Assembly (NCBI RefSeq): GCF_038025025.1
Contig: NW_027117342.1
Span: forward strand, 434,001 to 498,000
Length of the DNA: 64,000 bases
Direction of reading: 5' to 3'
Source of the DNA: Phyllosticta citribraziliensis
Lineage: Eukaryota
The position numbers were made by a program, and so were the translations under genes. The notes under the pieces are model-generated. The model had not been told where the DNA came from. It saw only the letters and a list, made by a program, of their open reading frames with translations, and made no database searches. Positions 23,901-36,285 of the stretch are shown here, one piece after another (the stretch's first letter is position 1; each line of letters starts with the position of its first letter).

Positions 23901-25180
23901 TCCTCGGCAGCCATCTTCTTGAGCAGATCGGATTCTCCAGTTGCCGACGACTCGTCGCACTTGACATTGTGTCCGCTGATGAAGATGCCGTCCGCAGGGA
24001 TCATGTCACCTGGCTCGAGCAGCATGACGTCGCCGACGAGGACGTCGTAAACGGAAATCTCGCGCGTCTTGCCCGAGCGAACGACCTTGACGAGACGATC
24101 CGACTTTTTCTTGTTGAGTTTGACGAATTGGCGCTCCTTTTGCCAGTCGTTCAGCGCGCCGACGACGACGACGATGAGAATGGCAACGATGATGGCAACG
24201 CCCTCGACCCATTCGACCTTGGGCTTGCCGTCTTCGTGGTCACCGCCAAAGGTTTCGTAGAGACCAAGAGCCAGCGAAATGACGGCGGCAGCGGTCAGGA
24301 GAATCAAGACCTTGTCGTTGTAAGCCATCCATGCCAGCTCCCAGATGCTCTTGGCCTTTTTCTCGGGCAGGCGGTTGTCGGAAAAGATGCGTGTTCTGTC
24401 GACAAAGACACCCGGCTTCACGCCACTCTTTTCCGAGTCCGAGGTGCCAGGTCGGTGATCAATGTCTTTTTTGGAGTGCGCCTGTGGAGCGGTTGCTTCT
24501 TCAAAGGATATGGTTCCTTCCAGCGTCTGCTCGTCCACGCTCAGGCCGCTCTTGCGGTCTGTCCGCAGGCCCCGCTCGAGACCAGTCAAGCCGCCCAGCG
24601 CGTGAAACGCGCCCAAGCTTTTTGGGTTGTACAGCTTGCCCAGCTGGCCCGGGGTAAAGGCGAAACGGTTGTCTTCGACTTCAAACAGGTGTTCGGTGCC
24701 AGGGTCCGGAGTGAGGGCATCTTGGTCGTTGAGGATCTCGTCGTGGCCGAGAGCCTTGTTGTGCGAGTCTTGAAGGGTGGGTGACGTGTTGACGTAGGTT
24801 TCCGAGTTGCTGGCTGCGTCGGTCTGCGAGTCGACCGAGTTCCCACGCGAGCGGGGGCCAGGGACGGCGAGGAAAGAGTTGGGGTCGGTTCCCCACTTGT
24901 GGGTGGGAGAGGAGACGTTGTGAGGCGAGGTTGGCCTGTCGCCGTTGCTGTCAAAGGAATTGGTGGCGACCAAGGGGTCGGTGGGGGAGGATTTGGAGAC
25001 GGGCGAGGTTTCTTCGGTTCTCGAGGCCGTGTCGGACATGTTGTTTAGAGGGACGTCGTTGTGGGACATGTCATTGTTGACTGCCGACGTGTCGATGGTG
25101 ATGGTGGGCGCGCGTTGGCGGCGGAGAGGGCCCGGCGATGGGGTGTTTCTACCCTCGCGGTTTGGGCTGTGATCTGCCAT
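20984..25180 (-). CDS. PMC1: P2B-type (PMCA-like) vacuolar Ca2+-transporting ATPase, 1398 aa
   Basis: 'DESSATGESD', 'VAVPEGLPLAVT', 'CSDKTGTLT', 'KGASE', 'MVTGDN', 'TGDGTNDAPAL', 'LWVNLIMDTFAALALAT'. Confidence 0.96.
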   Translation of the reverse strand: MADHSPNREGRNTPSPGPLRRQRAPTITIDTSAVNNDMSHNDVPLNNMSDTASRTEETSPVSKSSPTDPLVATNSFDSNGDRPTSPHNVSSPTHKWGTDPNSFLAVPGPRSRGNSVDSQTDAASNSETYVNTSPTLQDSHNKALGHDEILNDQDALTPDPGTEHLFEVEDNRFAFTPGQLGKLYNPKSLGAFHALGGLTGLERGLRTDRKSGLSVDEQTLEGTISFEEATAPQAHSKKDIDHRPGTSDSEKSGVKPGVFVDRTRIFSDNRLPEKKAKSIWELAWMAYNDKVLILLTAAAVISLALGLYETFGGDHEDGKPKVEWVEGVAIIVAILIVVVVGALNDWQKERQFVKLNKKKSDRLVKVVRSGKTREISVYDVLVGDVMLLEPGDMIPADGIFISGHNVKCDESSATGESDLLKKMAAEDVYQAMEEGRVGKKMDPFILSGAKVAEGVGSFLVTNTGIHSSYGKTMMALREDAEVTPLQSKLNVLAEYIAKLGGGSALLLFIVLFIEFLVKLSSSDETPAQKGQKFLDILIVAITVIVVAVPEGLPLAVTLALAFATTRMLKDNNLVRLLRSCETMGNATTVCSDKTGTLTQNKMTVVAGSLGTSFRFGDRRAAAVDKSQTGSEDQGDDVTPSEFVSNLGPEIKQLFEQSIVVNSTAFEGFEDGKPAFIGSKTETALLSFARDHMGMGSVNTERSNANVVQLFPFDSARKCMGAVVKLDNGKYRVYVKGASEIMLAQATDIVDATKELSVRPLTSEIRETITHLIETYASRSLRTIAFLYQDFESWPPKGARQLEDDTTQANFDDVNKNMTFLGLVGIQDPLRDGVPEAVKDCQRAGVFVRMVTGDNVLTAKAIAEDCGILVAGGLVMEGPKFRKLSRRQMDQVIPKLCVLARSSPEDKRILVKRLKELGETVAVTGDGTNDAPALKTADIGFSMGIAGTEVAKEASAIILMDDNFSSIVKALLWGRAVNDAVKKFLQFQVTVNITAVILTFVSAVASSDQTSVLTAVQLLWVNLIMDTFAALALATDPPSPSMLDRKPDPKSAPLITITMWKMIIGQAIYQLVVTFVLYFAGESILGYESQREKDQMGTLVFNTFVWMTIFNQMNSRRLDNRFNIFEGLHRNYFFILINCIMIGGQTMIIFVGGAAFSVVRLNGPQWAYSIVLGAISVPIGVVIRCIPDELINRCIPERFKRKPTPDLIISDEFEWNQGLLEIREELAFIKKIRGGRLSALKFKLQHPREAFALSRSSHSLPQTPQNERSDGEGGSPAPPTPSTRSRGRSRSNSAFGPAAAMAGIVAGSIAGWSPIERRDGDNDVSFARVRSKSDVEAQDGIDLHPSTRADDPVIVKEPERLTHPPSQSTDTTPAFGLGPFGGQPKIETGDDDDRKDTKP

Positions 25181-25287
25181 GGTGGATTTGATGGTAGAGT
25201 CAGGTGGGTGAGGTGAGCATGCCGGATATCACGAGAGATATACGCAGGGGAACAATGGGGAATTGATGTTGTTGAGGCGACTCGGGG

Positions 25288-25430
25288 CTGTGCAAGAACC
25301 AAGGAGGGTCAGTAGTGGACAAGCATTTGTGCCCAGACGAAGGCGGGAGATGGGAGAGCGAAAAGGCGCCCCGGCCAAGGACCTTGTCTTTGATGAGGCC
25401 GGGGTAGCGGGCAGTGCTGGAGCAACTTAC
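25288..25430 (-). other. Predicted 143-nt intron in the PMC1 5' UTR
   Basis: Minus strand: donor GTAAGT at 25430-25425, branch CTACTGAC at 25315-25308, acceptor CAG at 25290-25288. Confidence 0.7.
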
Positions 25431-25566
25431 GGGCGAAGGTGGATTGACTATGGGGAGGCAAAAGAGGACGAGGCTGTGGGGGTAGAGGAGGACGAGGGCG
25501 AGGGCGAGGGCGAGGGCGAGGGCGAGGACGTGGACGACGACGTGGACCAAGTCATGTGTGGCTGAA

Positions 25567-25571
<5 letters not shown>

Positions 25572-25607
<36 letters not shown>
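25572..25607. repeat. (AG)18 microsatellite upstream of PMC1 (CT-rich on the coding strand)
   Basis: Seen directly. Confidence 0.92.
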
Positions 25608-25609
<2 letters not shown>

Positions 25610-28600
25610 AATCACAGTAGCGACAGGCGCCAACGGAGAGGTCGCAGTAGTTGACAGGCAGGCAGGCGGGCGGGCAGGGCAGGGCAGCAGGGCAGCGTCT
25701 GGCTAGAACCGACCGACCGTTTGTTGGCAAGCAGCGCGCGTAGGTTGTGTGTGTGTGTGTGTGTCTCTCTCTCTCTCACACCTCAGGCTCAGGCTCAGGT
25801 CGCAGCGGCCAAGACTTGCACTGCCTCGCGACTAATCTCGTTGCAGTATAGCCCACCCGCCGGCATCCCTGTCGGACCTGACACTTGGACGTCTCCTGCT
25901 CTCAGCACTCGCGCGCCCTCTCAGCATTTTGCAACATGATATATACCCGCTTGACTCGTCCAAGCGCCCAGTCTGCTGTCTTGACGTCGTCTTCGGGCCA
26001 TATCTCCGCCCCGCCCTTCATCTCTCACCGCGCCAAGGCACCCGGACCGCTCTCGGGGGCTTGAGTGCGTGTACGAGTCGGTCCAGACTTGGCTAGCCCG
26101 ACTAGGACTAGCCCGACTAGCCCCCGTGCCTGCGCCACCACCGCCACACCTGTTGAGCCTCACATGTCGCCTCTGCTCTGCCCTCCAGGTCGCCCATCAT
26201 TCATTCCGGTCATCCCTTGGCATCATCACCACCACCACCACCACCCACGCCAGCTAATGCACTGCCTCGCCAATCCCTTCGAAACAAAAGACTCGCCCCC
26301 GCCCGCATTGCCGCATCGCCGGAACATGTCTGCCTCCAAACTTTTGAAGCCCGTCTAGTTTCGCCGCTCACCTCAGGCACCTACGCCTCTCTACTCTACC
26401 CAACCTGCGCTTCGTTCCTTGCACATTCCTTGCGTCCCATGTGTCGTCTTCAAATCCATGCTGCTCCCTCCCCTCCCCTCCCCTCCCTGCATGAGCCATG
26501 TGCCAGACCTGTTGCAAATGGAAACTCTACATTACCCGCCTTGAATATCTGATCCGCTTCCGTCATTTGCACTCAAAATTTGTTGCCCCTGGCTACACTC
26601 CTTGGCCCGGCTTGGTGCCAATATGCATGCATGCCATGCCATGCCATGCCACACCGTCTCTACTCGCTCTCGCCCCAGCCAGCCCTGTCTGTTGAACAAC
26701 GACCGGTCCAGCGAAAAACGCGCATCGCAACTTTTGCCGACCCTTTGCGTCTGATTCAGCGCGCCCCCGGCCCCGTCCTATCAATCTTCGACAGCACCAG
26801 CTGCGGCGCGGCCGTGGGCGCATGTATCACGCAATGACGTGCCGACATCTGGCTTGCCTACGTGCGGGGCGGAAATCATTGAACAGCTCTTGGATGAGCG
26901 TGCTCCGCCGCGCCCACCTCTGCAATACCTCCACCACGGCACAACCACCAACGGCCACGGCATTACATCTGCTTCGGCCATCGTGGCGTGCCCATGGTGG
27001 AGGCTTAGACCGTTGCTGCTGCTCCGCTGCCGTGCGTGCTGCGTGCGCCGTAGCGCAAAGAAAACGAGCACTGGGCTCGGCTCCCTTTTTCTCTGGGCAA
27101 CCCGACACGCTGCGCGACGCTGCGTTTTGATTTGACCAGCTCCTGTCGCTTCGTTCCTTCTTCTGCTCGTCGGGCGGCCCGCTGCCTCTGGGCATTGGGA
27201 GTAGCAGACTGTTTGGTGCTGCCGAACAGACGCCCGCCGTCCCGAGGCTCACTGGCTTACCTCACCGGTACGGTGCCGTCTGTTGGTTGCGCTGCGCTCG
27301 CTCGCTCGCTCTGCTCCGCCACCGGTCTGTCTGTCTGCCTATGCGTCCGTCCGGTCTGGATGGTCTCCATCTCAGCTGCCACGAGCAAGACAGGATACCT
27401 AGGCAAGACGGGCTCTCCGACCGGTCGTCGCGTAGGGCAGCTCCCGTCTCAGCAACGCATCGGCTGTTCAAACGCGACGACGACGACGACCACCTCCTCA
27501 TCCGATCCCTACATAACCATTCCCCTCCATTCCATTCGTCCATCCAACAAGCTCAGCCCAAGCTTCTCGCCGCCGTTGTTGTTGGGCTGGCCGACAGTAG
27601 TACCTTGTACGGTACAACCTAGTCTGGCTGTAGGTACACCCACTGCCCGCACGCGATCATCTTTCCGCTCCTCCCTCCACTGCACCAGACAAGACGAGCG
27701 CGTCTTCTTGTCCGCACGCCTTGCTCAAAGTTACATCCTCTTCTTCTTTTGTCCGTGTTTTCCCTTTCCTTTCCGTTGACTGGCTCACTGCAAACGAGCT
27801 CTCGTGCGAGATTTTGACTTCCTTTTTTTTTTTTTTTTCTTCCCGTACTTACACTTTGCCCGTCTGTCCTTCCATCTGTCCGTCTGTCCGTCCGTCACCT
27901 TTTGCACAGCCCCCTCCTCTCCCTGTCGTCGTGGTACTGGGTGGTATCACCTACACCGACGGACTGCCTTCCCTTTTCGTCCTCCCGTCGTGATTGTGCC
28001 GCCCCATTTTTGCTTCGAGAGGGGCGAAACGGCAAAACGTCTCTTTCTCAGACAAGAAAAGGGGTTCTCGTCCCGTACTTCTGGTTCTTTTTTCCTGGGC
28101 AGAAAAAGAGGGAGCCAAGGGGAGAACCGCAAACCGCCACTCTCGAATCTGGTCCGTCATTGCACGTGGGACGAGAAATGCCCAGCGGTACGTTTCCGCG
28201 CCTCGCCTCCCCTCAGATTGGGTGATTACGTTGTTGTCCGTTTTTCTTCTCTTTGCTGCCTGTCGTTCGTCGCCTTCTTCATGGACCAACCAAGGCGACG
28301 ACAGGCAGACCCGAAAACCAGCTCTCTCGCCTTGACGAGTCGACCAACAAGCCAACCCACCAGAGAGCACGCGACATCTCCCACCTACCTACCTACCCAC
28401 CTACCGACAAGCAGCTTTCCACCATCAAGTCCCCCCCTGCCGCATCCCCAGAACCCTCATCTCACCAAGCCTTCTACGGTACTCTCTTCAATCACTCATT
28501 CGTTCGTGTCCGTACTCGCTCGCTCGCTCGCTGCGTTTGTTTTGTTGCCTACGCTGCCTTCCTTCGCCTCTCTTCGCCTCCTGTCTCACGCGCCTCACTT

Positions 28601-29565
28601 GCGCAGGCTGAGCTCATGGTCTGCGCCTCACTGTAGGCCTGCGCCTCCACATGTACGCACTCGTCGAGGAGTTACGCGTGACTGTCGTGGCGCTGCGCTG
28701 CGTGTACTGCGCGTACGTTGCGCACGGCGTAGAATGCGTAGAATGTACGGCGGGCAAAAGAAGAGGCGTAGGGAGGTGGGAGAGAGAATCCTTTGGCAAG
28801 TAGGCAAGCAGGCAAGCAGGCAAGCAGGTAAGTACTTAGGTAGGCAGGCAGGTAAGCCCAGGAGCGGCCACACGTAAGAATCATGGAACGACGACGATGA
28901 CGCAGTGCCGCGCTCCCTACCTGTGTCCCAGCACTACTCCTCCTCCTCCTCCTCCTCCTGTCTGTCACATCCCCCTTTCATACTCTCGCGCATCTCCTCC
29001 TCCCATCCCATCTCCCCCCTCGCTATCACGTCAACTGAAGAGAGAGAGCAATTGGCCGCAAAGGAGACGGGACGAACGGAAAGGGAGAGGAAGGAAGTTG
29101 GAAAGGGGATATAAAGGAGGAGGAAAAGACGATGCGTTGGTCGTTCTGCTACAGGCAGTCTCGACAGCTCAATAATAGCACGATAGCTGCTCTCAGGTGC
29201 GACGACGCGAGCAAAGGATAGGCGATGTTGCTTGCAATAATGTGCAGAGGGGGGGGAGGCCGGGCGCGTCGCCCGTCGCCGTCACCGCCGCCGTCGCGCT
29301 GATGGAAGATGGTAGACAGCACTCAGGTCCGCTTCTCTGCGCTTCTAGCCTGATCTATCTGTGTAGCTGTAGATGTAGGTGGAAAAAGACCGACGATTTA
29401 CTCCAGCGAGAAACAGATCTATTGATTAGGGGATTACCGCACCTTGCCCACCACCTACCTGTCTATCACCCGTCGGCTTCTTCATCCTCTTCCTACAGGT
29501 ACTCTTGTTAAGGTAATTCACCACCACCTCCTCCTCCTCCTCTCCCCCACGACAAAACCCACCAA

Positions 29566-31403
29566 TCACGCCCTCGCCCTCTTCTTCCCCTCGCCCAGCC
29601 GCGGCAGGCGAACCGGCCACACAAAAACGTTGGCCAGCGCAAACAGCACCACGGCCGACGCAAAAGCCCAGCGCAGACTACTCTCATACGCGAGGACAAC
29701 CTGGTCGCGATGCGTGGGGTCAAGGTCAAAGATGGCGTGCACACTGCGCTTCACCAGCCGAATGACGTCGGCCTTGTGAGGCTCGAGGACGCGCGCGTCG
29801 AGCTGGCGCCCCAGCACGTTCTGCACGAGCAGCGACGACACGGCGATGCCGAAGACGCCGCCCAGGCTGCGGAACAGCGACAGGCTGGACGTCATGACGG
29901 CCTGCTCGGCGTCCGGGGATGTGGCGATGACGGCGAGGCTGGTGGCCGGGAAGCTGAGGCCCAGCCCGGCGCCCGTGGGCACGATGAAGGCCGTCGCGAG
30001 AGCTGTTGGGATGCCGTGCCACATGGCGCTGAGGGCGACGGCGCCGAGCAGGCAGATGAGCGACCCCGACGTGATGAGCGGCTTCGTGCGGCGTGTGGCC
30101 GTCATGAAGAAGCCGGCCGACACGCCCGCCACCATGATGGCCAGGCTGGACGCCGCGATGCGCAGCCCGCTGACCGACGCCGAGTCGAGCTTGACGGCCT
30201 GGAAGTACAGCGGCGCGTTGAAGATGACGGCGTTGCCGGCCATGATGGCGAAGAAGTTGGAGAAGACGAGCGGGCCCCGCGGCGACGTGAAGAGCATCGA
30301 GAGCGGCAGGACGGGGAGCGGCGCGCGGCTCTCGACGCGCAGGAGGAGCGCGCCGGCGACGAGCGAGACGACGAACGAGGCTGGGATCAACGGGTGCGTC
30401 CATGGCAGCACGTTGCCGCCCAGGTTGAGGGCGAGAATCATGGCCCCGACAGTGCAAGCGAGCAGTAGGGAGCCACTGACATCAAACGTCTTGAGATGCT
30501 GCCACCACCGCTTGTCGGAATTCGCCGCTATGCATGGCCCCAGGTTGCTGGGCAGCCACACGACGGCAATCAGGAGAACCACGAGTTGGAGGGGAATCTG
30601 CACGCCAAACGTCCACCGCCAGCCAAGAAAGTCGCACATGAGCCCTCCAAACGCTGCACCGCAGGCCTGTCCGAGCCCATAGAACAGATTGATGAGGGCC
30701 TGGTAGTGGCCGCGTATCTCAATGGGGACGAGGTCGTTGGTGAGAACGGCCCCCATGGCAAATATACCTCCGGCACCGAAGCCGGCAAAAGCGCGAGCTG
30801 CAATGAAGGCTCCAATGGATGGCGCGAGGGCGCATGCAAGCGTCGTGCCCGCAAAGAGAACCATGACGAGGATGAAAACGGGCCGGCGCCCTACCGTGTC
30901 CGACGCTCTCGCCATCAACGGCTGGAACGATGTACTCGTGAGCATAAAGACGGTACTGAGCCATGATGCCGAGTTGGACGAGTGAAAGTAGGACGTGATG
31001 ACTGGATGGCTCGAGGCCATGAGAGTCGTGTCGAAGCATGCGATCTTGCAAGTCAGTACTGGTTTAATCCATTGAGAATCCGTCGTGCCTTTTATCCCTT
31101 GCTCTTGCAACTTACAAAATACAGTAGACAAACGCCAATGAAGATGAACCAAAATCTAGTGACGGTTACACCCCCGCGGTACGGTGAAGCGTCTTGGGGT
31201 TCATCTTGGCCCTGGTGAGCCCCCAGCAAACTCTCGTCCTCGGTAGGGACATTGCGCACGTTTGCAGTCGCATACCGCTTGAGATGCTGGCGGTGTTGTT
31301 GGCTTTCAAGATCGGGCTCTGTGTCACCGCCGTTTGTGCTGGGCGGCAGCAGCGGGGTGCGTTCCGACGGGCCGTTATCACGGTCCGAGTCGCCTTGTGC
31401 CAT
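29566..31403 (-). CDS. MFS transporter, 14-TM DHA2/Vba-like, 2 exons
   Basis: N-terminal 'SERTPLL' sorting motif; 'ACFDTTLMASSHPVITSYF', 'SDTVGRR', 'ARAFAGFGAGG', 'DLVPIEIRGHYQ', 'GWRWTF'. Confidence 0.9.
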
Positions 31404-31722
31404 TTTCGATGCGCTTTCTGAGATGCAAGAGAGAAAAGAGAGAGGGAGAACGACAGGATCCCACCGGCGAACACTCTTTTACATGGCGTGCGGCCTGACT
31501 TTAGCTGCAGCACAAAGTTGTCATGGCAGGGCGTGCGTGATGCGGCCAAAAGTCCCGGACGGATAGCGGTGGGCGGATTGTAGCTTTGTAGCGTGTGCCG
31601 AATCGTCATGGCGGCGCCGGCTTCGGACCAGTCGGAGCGACGACAGGTCGGCTTATCAGGCGGAGGCACTTCCACGGCCTGACATCAACCCCAGACCTTC
31701 CGCAGACTCTCTCTCCTGCACC

Positions 31723-32575
31723 ATGAAGCCTCCGTTCAGAATAGCAGTCTTGGAGGCCGACACGCCTCTTCCCGACGTGGTTGAGCAGTTTGGAAGGTAT
31801 GGCGACATTTTCGAGCGGCTGCTCAAGACGGCGGCCGATGCCATGGGCCAGCCCGACGTGATTTCTGCTCGGGATTTGCAAGTGTCCAAATGGGACGTGG
31901 TCGACAATGAAGACTCGTACCCCGACCTGGACGACGTCGATGCGGTGCTCATATCCGGATCAAGTGGGTGCATCCTGTCGAGTTTGGGCGTCGCTAACAG
32001 TGGCAGAGCACAACTCGTTTGATGACAAGCCGTGGATCCTCAAGCTGGTCGACTTTACGGAAAGGGTGCTCGCCCAGGATCGCGTGCGGCTGATTGGCGT
32101 CTGCTTCGGCCACCAGATTATTGGACGAGCCATGGGGGTCAAGGTTGGGCGGAGCGACAAGGGGTGGGAACTTGCAGTGCTGCCGTTTGCCCTGACGGAC
32201 AAAGGCAAGGAGATTTTCCAAAAGGAGACGGTGGTAAGTACAAGGGCGGACGGGCGTTGGGGGCGACGGGCTAACCAGATGCAGAACATTCACCAGATGC
32301 ATCGCGACATTGTGTTTGAATACCCGCCTGGTGTCGAGCCGCTTGGACAGTCGCCGGTGTGCAGCACGCAGGCCATGTACGCCAAGGGACGGCTCATTAC
32401 GGTGCAGGGCCACCCGGAATTCAACGACAGGATCATGGAGGTGATATTGAACGCCCGGCATGAGCAGGGGGTTTTCGACGACGCCCTGTACAACGATGCA
32501 ATCAAGCGGGCGGCCAGTTCCCACGACGGGGTGGCCATTGCGCAGGCGTTTCTGCGGTTCTTGCTGGAAGATTAG
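31723..32575 (+). CDS. Class I glutamine amidotransferase-like protein (YLR126C-like), 3 exons
   Basis: 'RIAVLEADTP', 'VLISGS', nucleophile 'GVCFGHQII', 'MHRD', 'TVQGHPEF' (Cys-His-Glu triad). Confidence 0.9.
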
Positions 32576-33187
32576 AGTAAATAATTAACGGCGTCGCAGC
32601 ATGCATGTTGCCCGTGACGAGTTTCAGCTCAACGGCCAGCTTTCCTTGCGAGGGCGAGTCAACTAGCCCGCCGTGTTTCGCCGCCGCCGTCGATGTTTGC
32701 CGCGTTTCGAATGCATGCCGGGAGAGATGGCGATGGAGGCAATAATGATGGAGAGTGGATGAGGAGAGGAAGAGAGGAGACGGAGCGTCATTGTGGAGAA
32801 GGGCGGAAGTGGAAGAGTGGGTTGCGAAAGACAGCTGCGAGTGGTCGTCGCCGTGCCGACTGAGGTGCCCCCGCATGACTCGCCGGGCCAAGATCAGCTT
32901 GCGCGTCACCCTTTGCGGCTGTTCTTCTAATTCGGTCTCCCCACACTCTCGCCCTCGTCTCCTCCAATCCTCTCCCCACGCTCCGAGCACACCATCCTCT
33001 CTCTCGTACCTTGCCTTACTTTAATACTACTCCTCCAGTCGCTCGCTCTCGCCCTTTTTCTCTCGCGTCCTGTCCAGTCCCCTCCTGTCGCTCCAGCCCC
33101 TTTTGATCTTCCCTGAGCCTGGTGCCATGTTCCTTCGCTACCACTAGATCCTCCACCACCTAATACTCGTCCCATCGCATGCTCCAA

Positions 33188-35410
33188 ATGGGCAAGTGTA
33201 CGTCCCGCATTCCACCTCTACCCTACGTCTTTATTCACATTCTTGCAGGGAGATATGGCATCATACTCGATGCTGGATCGTCGGTGAGTATACCGCTCTC
33301 CATTTGCGACCACCCACTCATTGTCCCAGGGAACCCGCGTGTACACTTATCGCTGGCTCAATCCCGCAAGAGCGCGCACCGAAGCTAGTCCCGATGAACT
33401 GCATCAGCTCCCCAAGCTGAAGACGAAGAAGAAGTGGACCCACAAGATTCATCCAGGTATTATCAGTCCAACTCCGCGATAAGCACTTCTGACGACCCAG
33501 GCATTTCGACCTTTGGCGAAACCCCCGAAGCCGTTGGACCAAACCACCTCCAAGAGCTCCTCGACCATGCGCTCGACATTGTCCCCCCGTCCGAAGTCGA
33601 GCACACACCCATCTTTCTCCTCGCCACTGCGGGCATGCGTTTGTTGCCCGAAACCCAGCGCGCCGCCGTACTGAACGAGATTTGCGCCTACGCTCGCGAA
33701 CACACCAAATTCCAGCTGCCCGATTGCAACCTACACATCCAGGTGATTTCTGGCGAAACAGAAGGGCTATATGGATGGGTGGCGGCCAACTACCTCCTCG
33801 GTGGATTCGACTCTCCCAGCGACCACGACCACGGCAAAGGCCACCACACGTATGGATTTCTCGACATGGGCGGTGCGTCGGCGCAGATTGCCTTTGCACC
33901 AAATGCGACAGAAGCTGCCAAGCACGCCGACGATCTACAACTTTTGCGCATGAGGACCCTGGACGGCAAGTCTTTGGAGTACAAGGTTTTTGTAACGACT
34001 TGGCTAGGCTTTGGCGTGAACCAGGCAAGGAAACGCTACGTCGAGGCTCTTCTCGAAGCGTCCCCCGGTACGCCGGAGCTCCCGGATCCATGTCTACCAG
34101 AGGGCGTAGAGGTTACCACCGATGGCAAGCCATTCCAGCAAGAATCAAAGGAGCCGCATCTGGTCGGCACAGGCCATTTCACCGAGTGTCTGAGCAAGAC
34201 TTTCCCGCTTCTCGACAAGGATGCGCCATGTCCGGATCCTCCATGCCTTTTGCACGGCGTTCACGTCCCGGCAATCGACTTTGATGTAAATCACTTTGTT
34301 GGCGTCTCGGAATACTGGCATACGACGCACGAAATTTTTGAAATGGGACACAAGGACAAAGCGTACGACTTCAAGACTTACCAGCAAAGGGTAAACGACT
34401 TTTGCAGCAAGCCCTGGGATCAGATCGTCCACGGAATCAATCAAAAGCAATGGGGCAAAAAGGTGGACGAGACAACGGCCATGGAGGTGTGCTTCAAGGC
34501 GTCCTGGCTCATCAATGTCTTGCACGACGGTATCGGGATTCCGCGCACAGGACTCGAACAGACCAAGGCTGGCCACAATGGCACAAAGGAGGTCCTGGAC
34601 AAGACAAAAGAAAAGGGGTTTCGGGATCCCTTTCAAGCCGTCAACAAGATTGAAGACACCGAAGTCAGCTGGACCCTTGGAAAGATGGTCATGTATGCCT
34701 CCAGCCAGATTGATTCCGGTAATAAATCGCTTGCCGTCGGCTTTGGCAGCAACAGGCCGGGAATCCCGCCGGACTTCCAGTACGCTGGCGGCAAGTTCAG
34801 CAGCCTTCCCGGAGATCTCGAGGAAGATTTGGACTGGCACGACGCGCTATTCACCGACTCGTCGCGCCGTTTACCCGGGTTCTTCATGTTTGTTTTGATT
34901 GTTCTACTCGTGTCTTACTTTTTGTGCGGCCGGGATCGACGACGAGCCATTTCCCGCAAATTCTTCTTCCGCAAACGACGCCCCGGCGCAAAATCTGGGC
35001 TTGGACTCGGCCTCGGCGGCAAACTCTTTCACCGTGGTGTTTCCAGCCCTGCGTACGAACGCGTGCTGGAGTCTGGCGCGGTGGACGAATTTGAGCTCAA
35101 CGATTCGGCGGAATTGGACAATCCTTACCACTCGGACTCGAGCAGCGACGTCTCGAACAAGGTGGGCCGCACTTCGGGCTGGGCAACTCCGCGAAACAGC
35201 AACTTTGAGCTCGGCTCCAGCCATTTTGACAGCGTTGCCGCCCAAGCGCACAGTGTTGGCATAAATCCACTGGGTCGTGGTGGGCTCATGGCACGACTGG
35301 ACAGCAGAGATAGACTGGTTGGCCCCGTCCCCCGATCTAGGAGTCGAAACGCCAGTCCCACGCGTGCGCGGAGTCCCATGATGTCGCCACTCAAGGAGCA
35401 AGTCGACTGA
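33188..35410 (+). CDS. YND1: Golgi apyrase, GDA1/CD39 family with C-terminal TM
   Basis: Spliced 'MGKWRYGIILDAGSSGTRV'; ACR motifs 'LLATAGMRLL', 'GETEGLYGW', 'LDMGGASAQIAF', 'SWTLG'; TM 'FFMFVLIVLLVSYFL'. Confidence 0.92.
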
Positions 35411-36285
35411 GTAGCATTGCTGTATTACCTGTTTGGCAAGGAGTTTCGGATTCTGGGAAGAGAGGAGGCACCTTGGATTGACGCTTCATCAACGCGTGAT
35501 GAGGCTTTTGACTGACGACCTTGGATTCTTGCCAGCCTTTTAACAAGACTTTTTTGTAATGACCTTTTTACGCTTCTGTGCGCCATGGTCAGGCTGCTTC
35601 TTTGAGAGACGGCTGCCTCTGGCTACCTTTTTGCTCTTTGGAAGAGGCATGCATCCGAGGACTGAACATAGACTACGACTAGTAAATAGATTCTGTATGC
35701 ATTGATTCATGTGCCATCATGTGCAACGTCGAGATCCCTGTTTGCCCGCAGAGGTCCGCCCCGCCGTATCGATAACGGGTCCGACGCGTCTCCAGAAATC
35801 GAGCCCAAGTTCAGCCCGACTCGACTTGTAAACAACGACTCTCCAGCCATTCGACACCCAAGCGCCGCATTGTCCAGATTACTCGACGCCAGCCCATCAA
35901 ACTCTCCCGCCTTCTAATCAACGCCTGCGTCCATCGACCCACCAAGCGCACCGCAAACCTCAAGCCAACTCCGTCTGCCATCAACCAGACTCGCAAAAGC
36001 AGGCACCTCGCGCTCCTCCTCTACCTCCGCTCCAGCCCACCTCACCACCGCGCAAAACGACCCATCTTACTGCCACCGCGCCACCAACCCCACGCCCGCC
36101 AGCGCCCGCGCACGCGCAACCGCAAGCCAACGCCATCCAGCTCGGCGCCGAAGCCGCCGCGGCAGCTGAACCAATTCGCGCCGAGCGGACGAGGCGACGA
36201 CGGCTGCGCTGGGAGAACTGCTGAGCTGTCAGTAAGACCAAGAGTCGAAACGAACCGAATCGAAGCGCGCGAAAGAGAAGGGAAC

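Noticed and set aside
21389..24784. Long plus-strand ORFs (391 and 708 aa) antisense to PMC1, and similar antisense ORFs over paralogue A, the F-box, PhoD and HAK genes
   Set aside because: Shadow ORFs expected from GC3-biased coding on the opposite strand; no motifs of their own.
27804..28877. 357-aa plus-strand ORF in the PMC1 upstream region
   Set aside because: Non-ATG start, built from homopolymers and simple repeats, no codon bias or domain.
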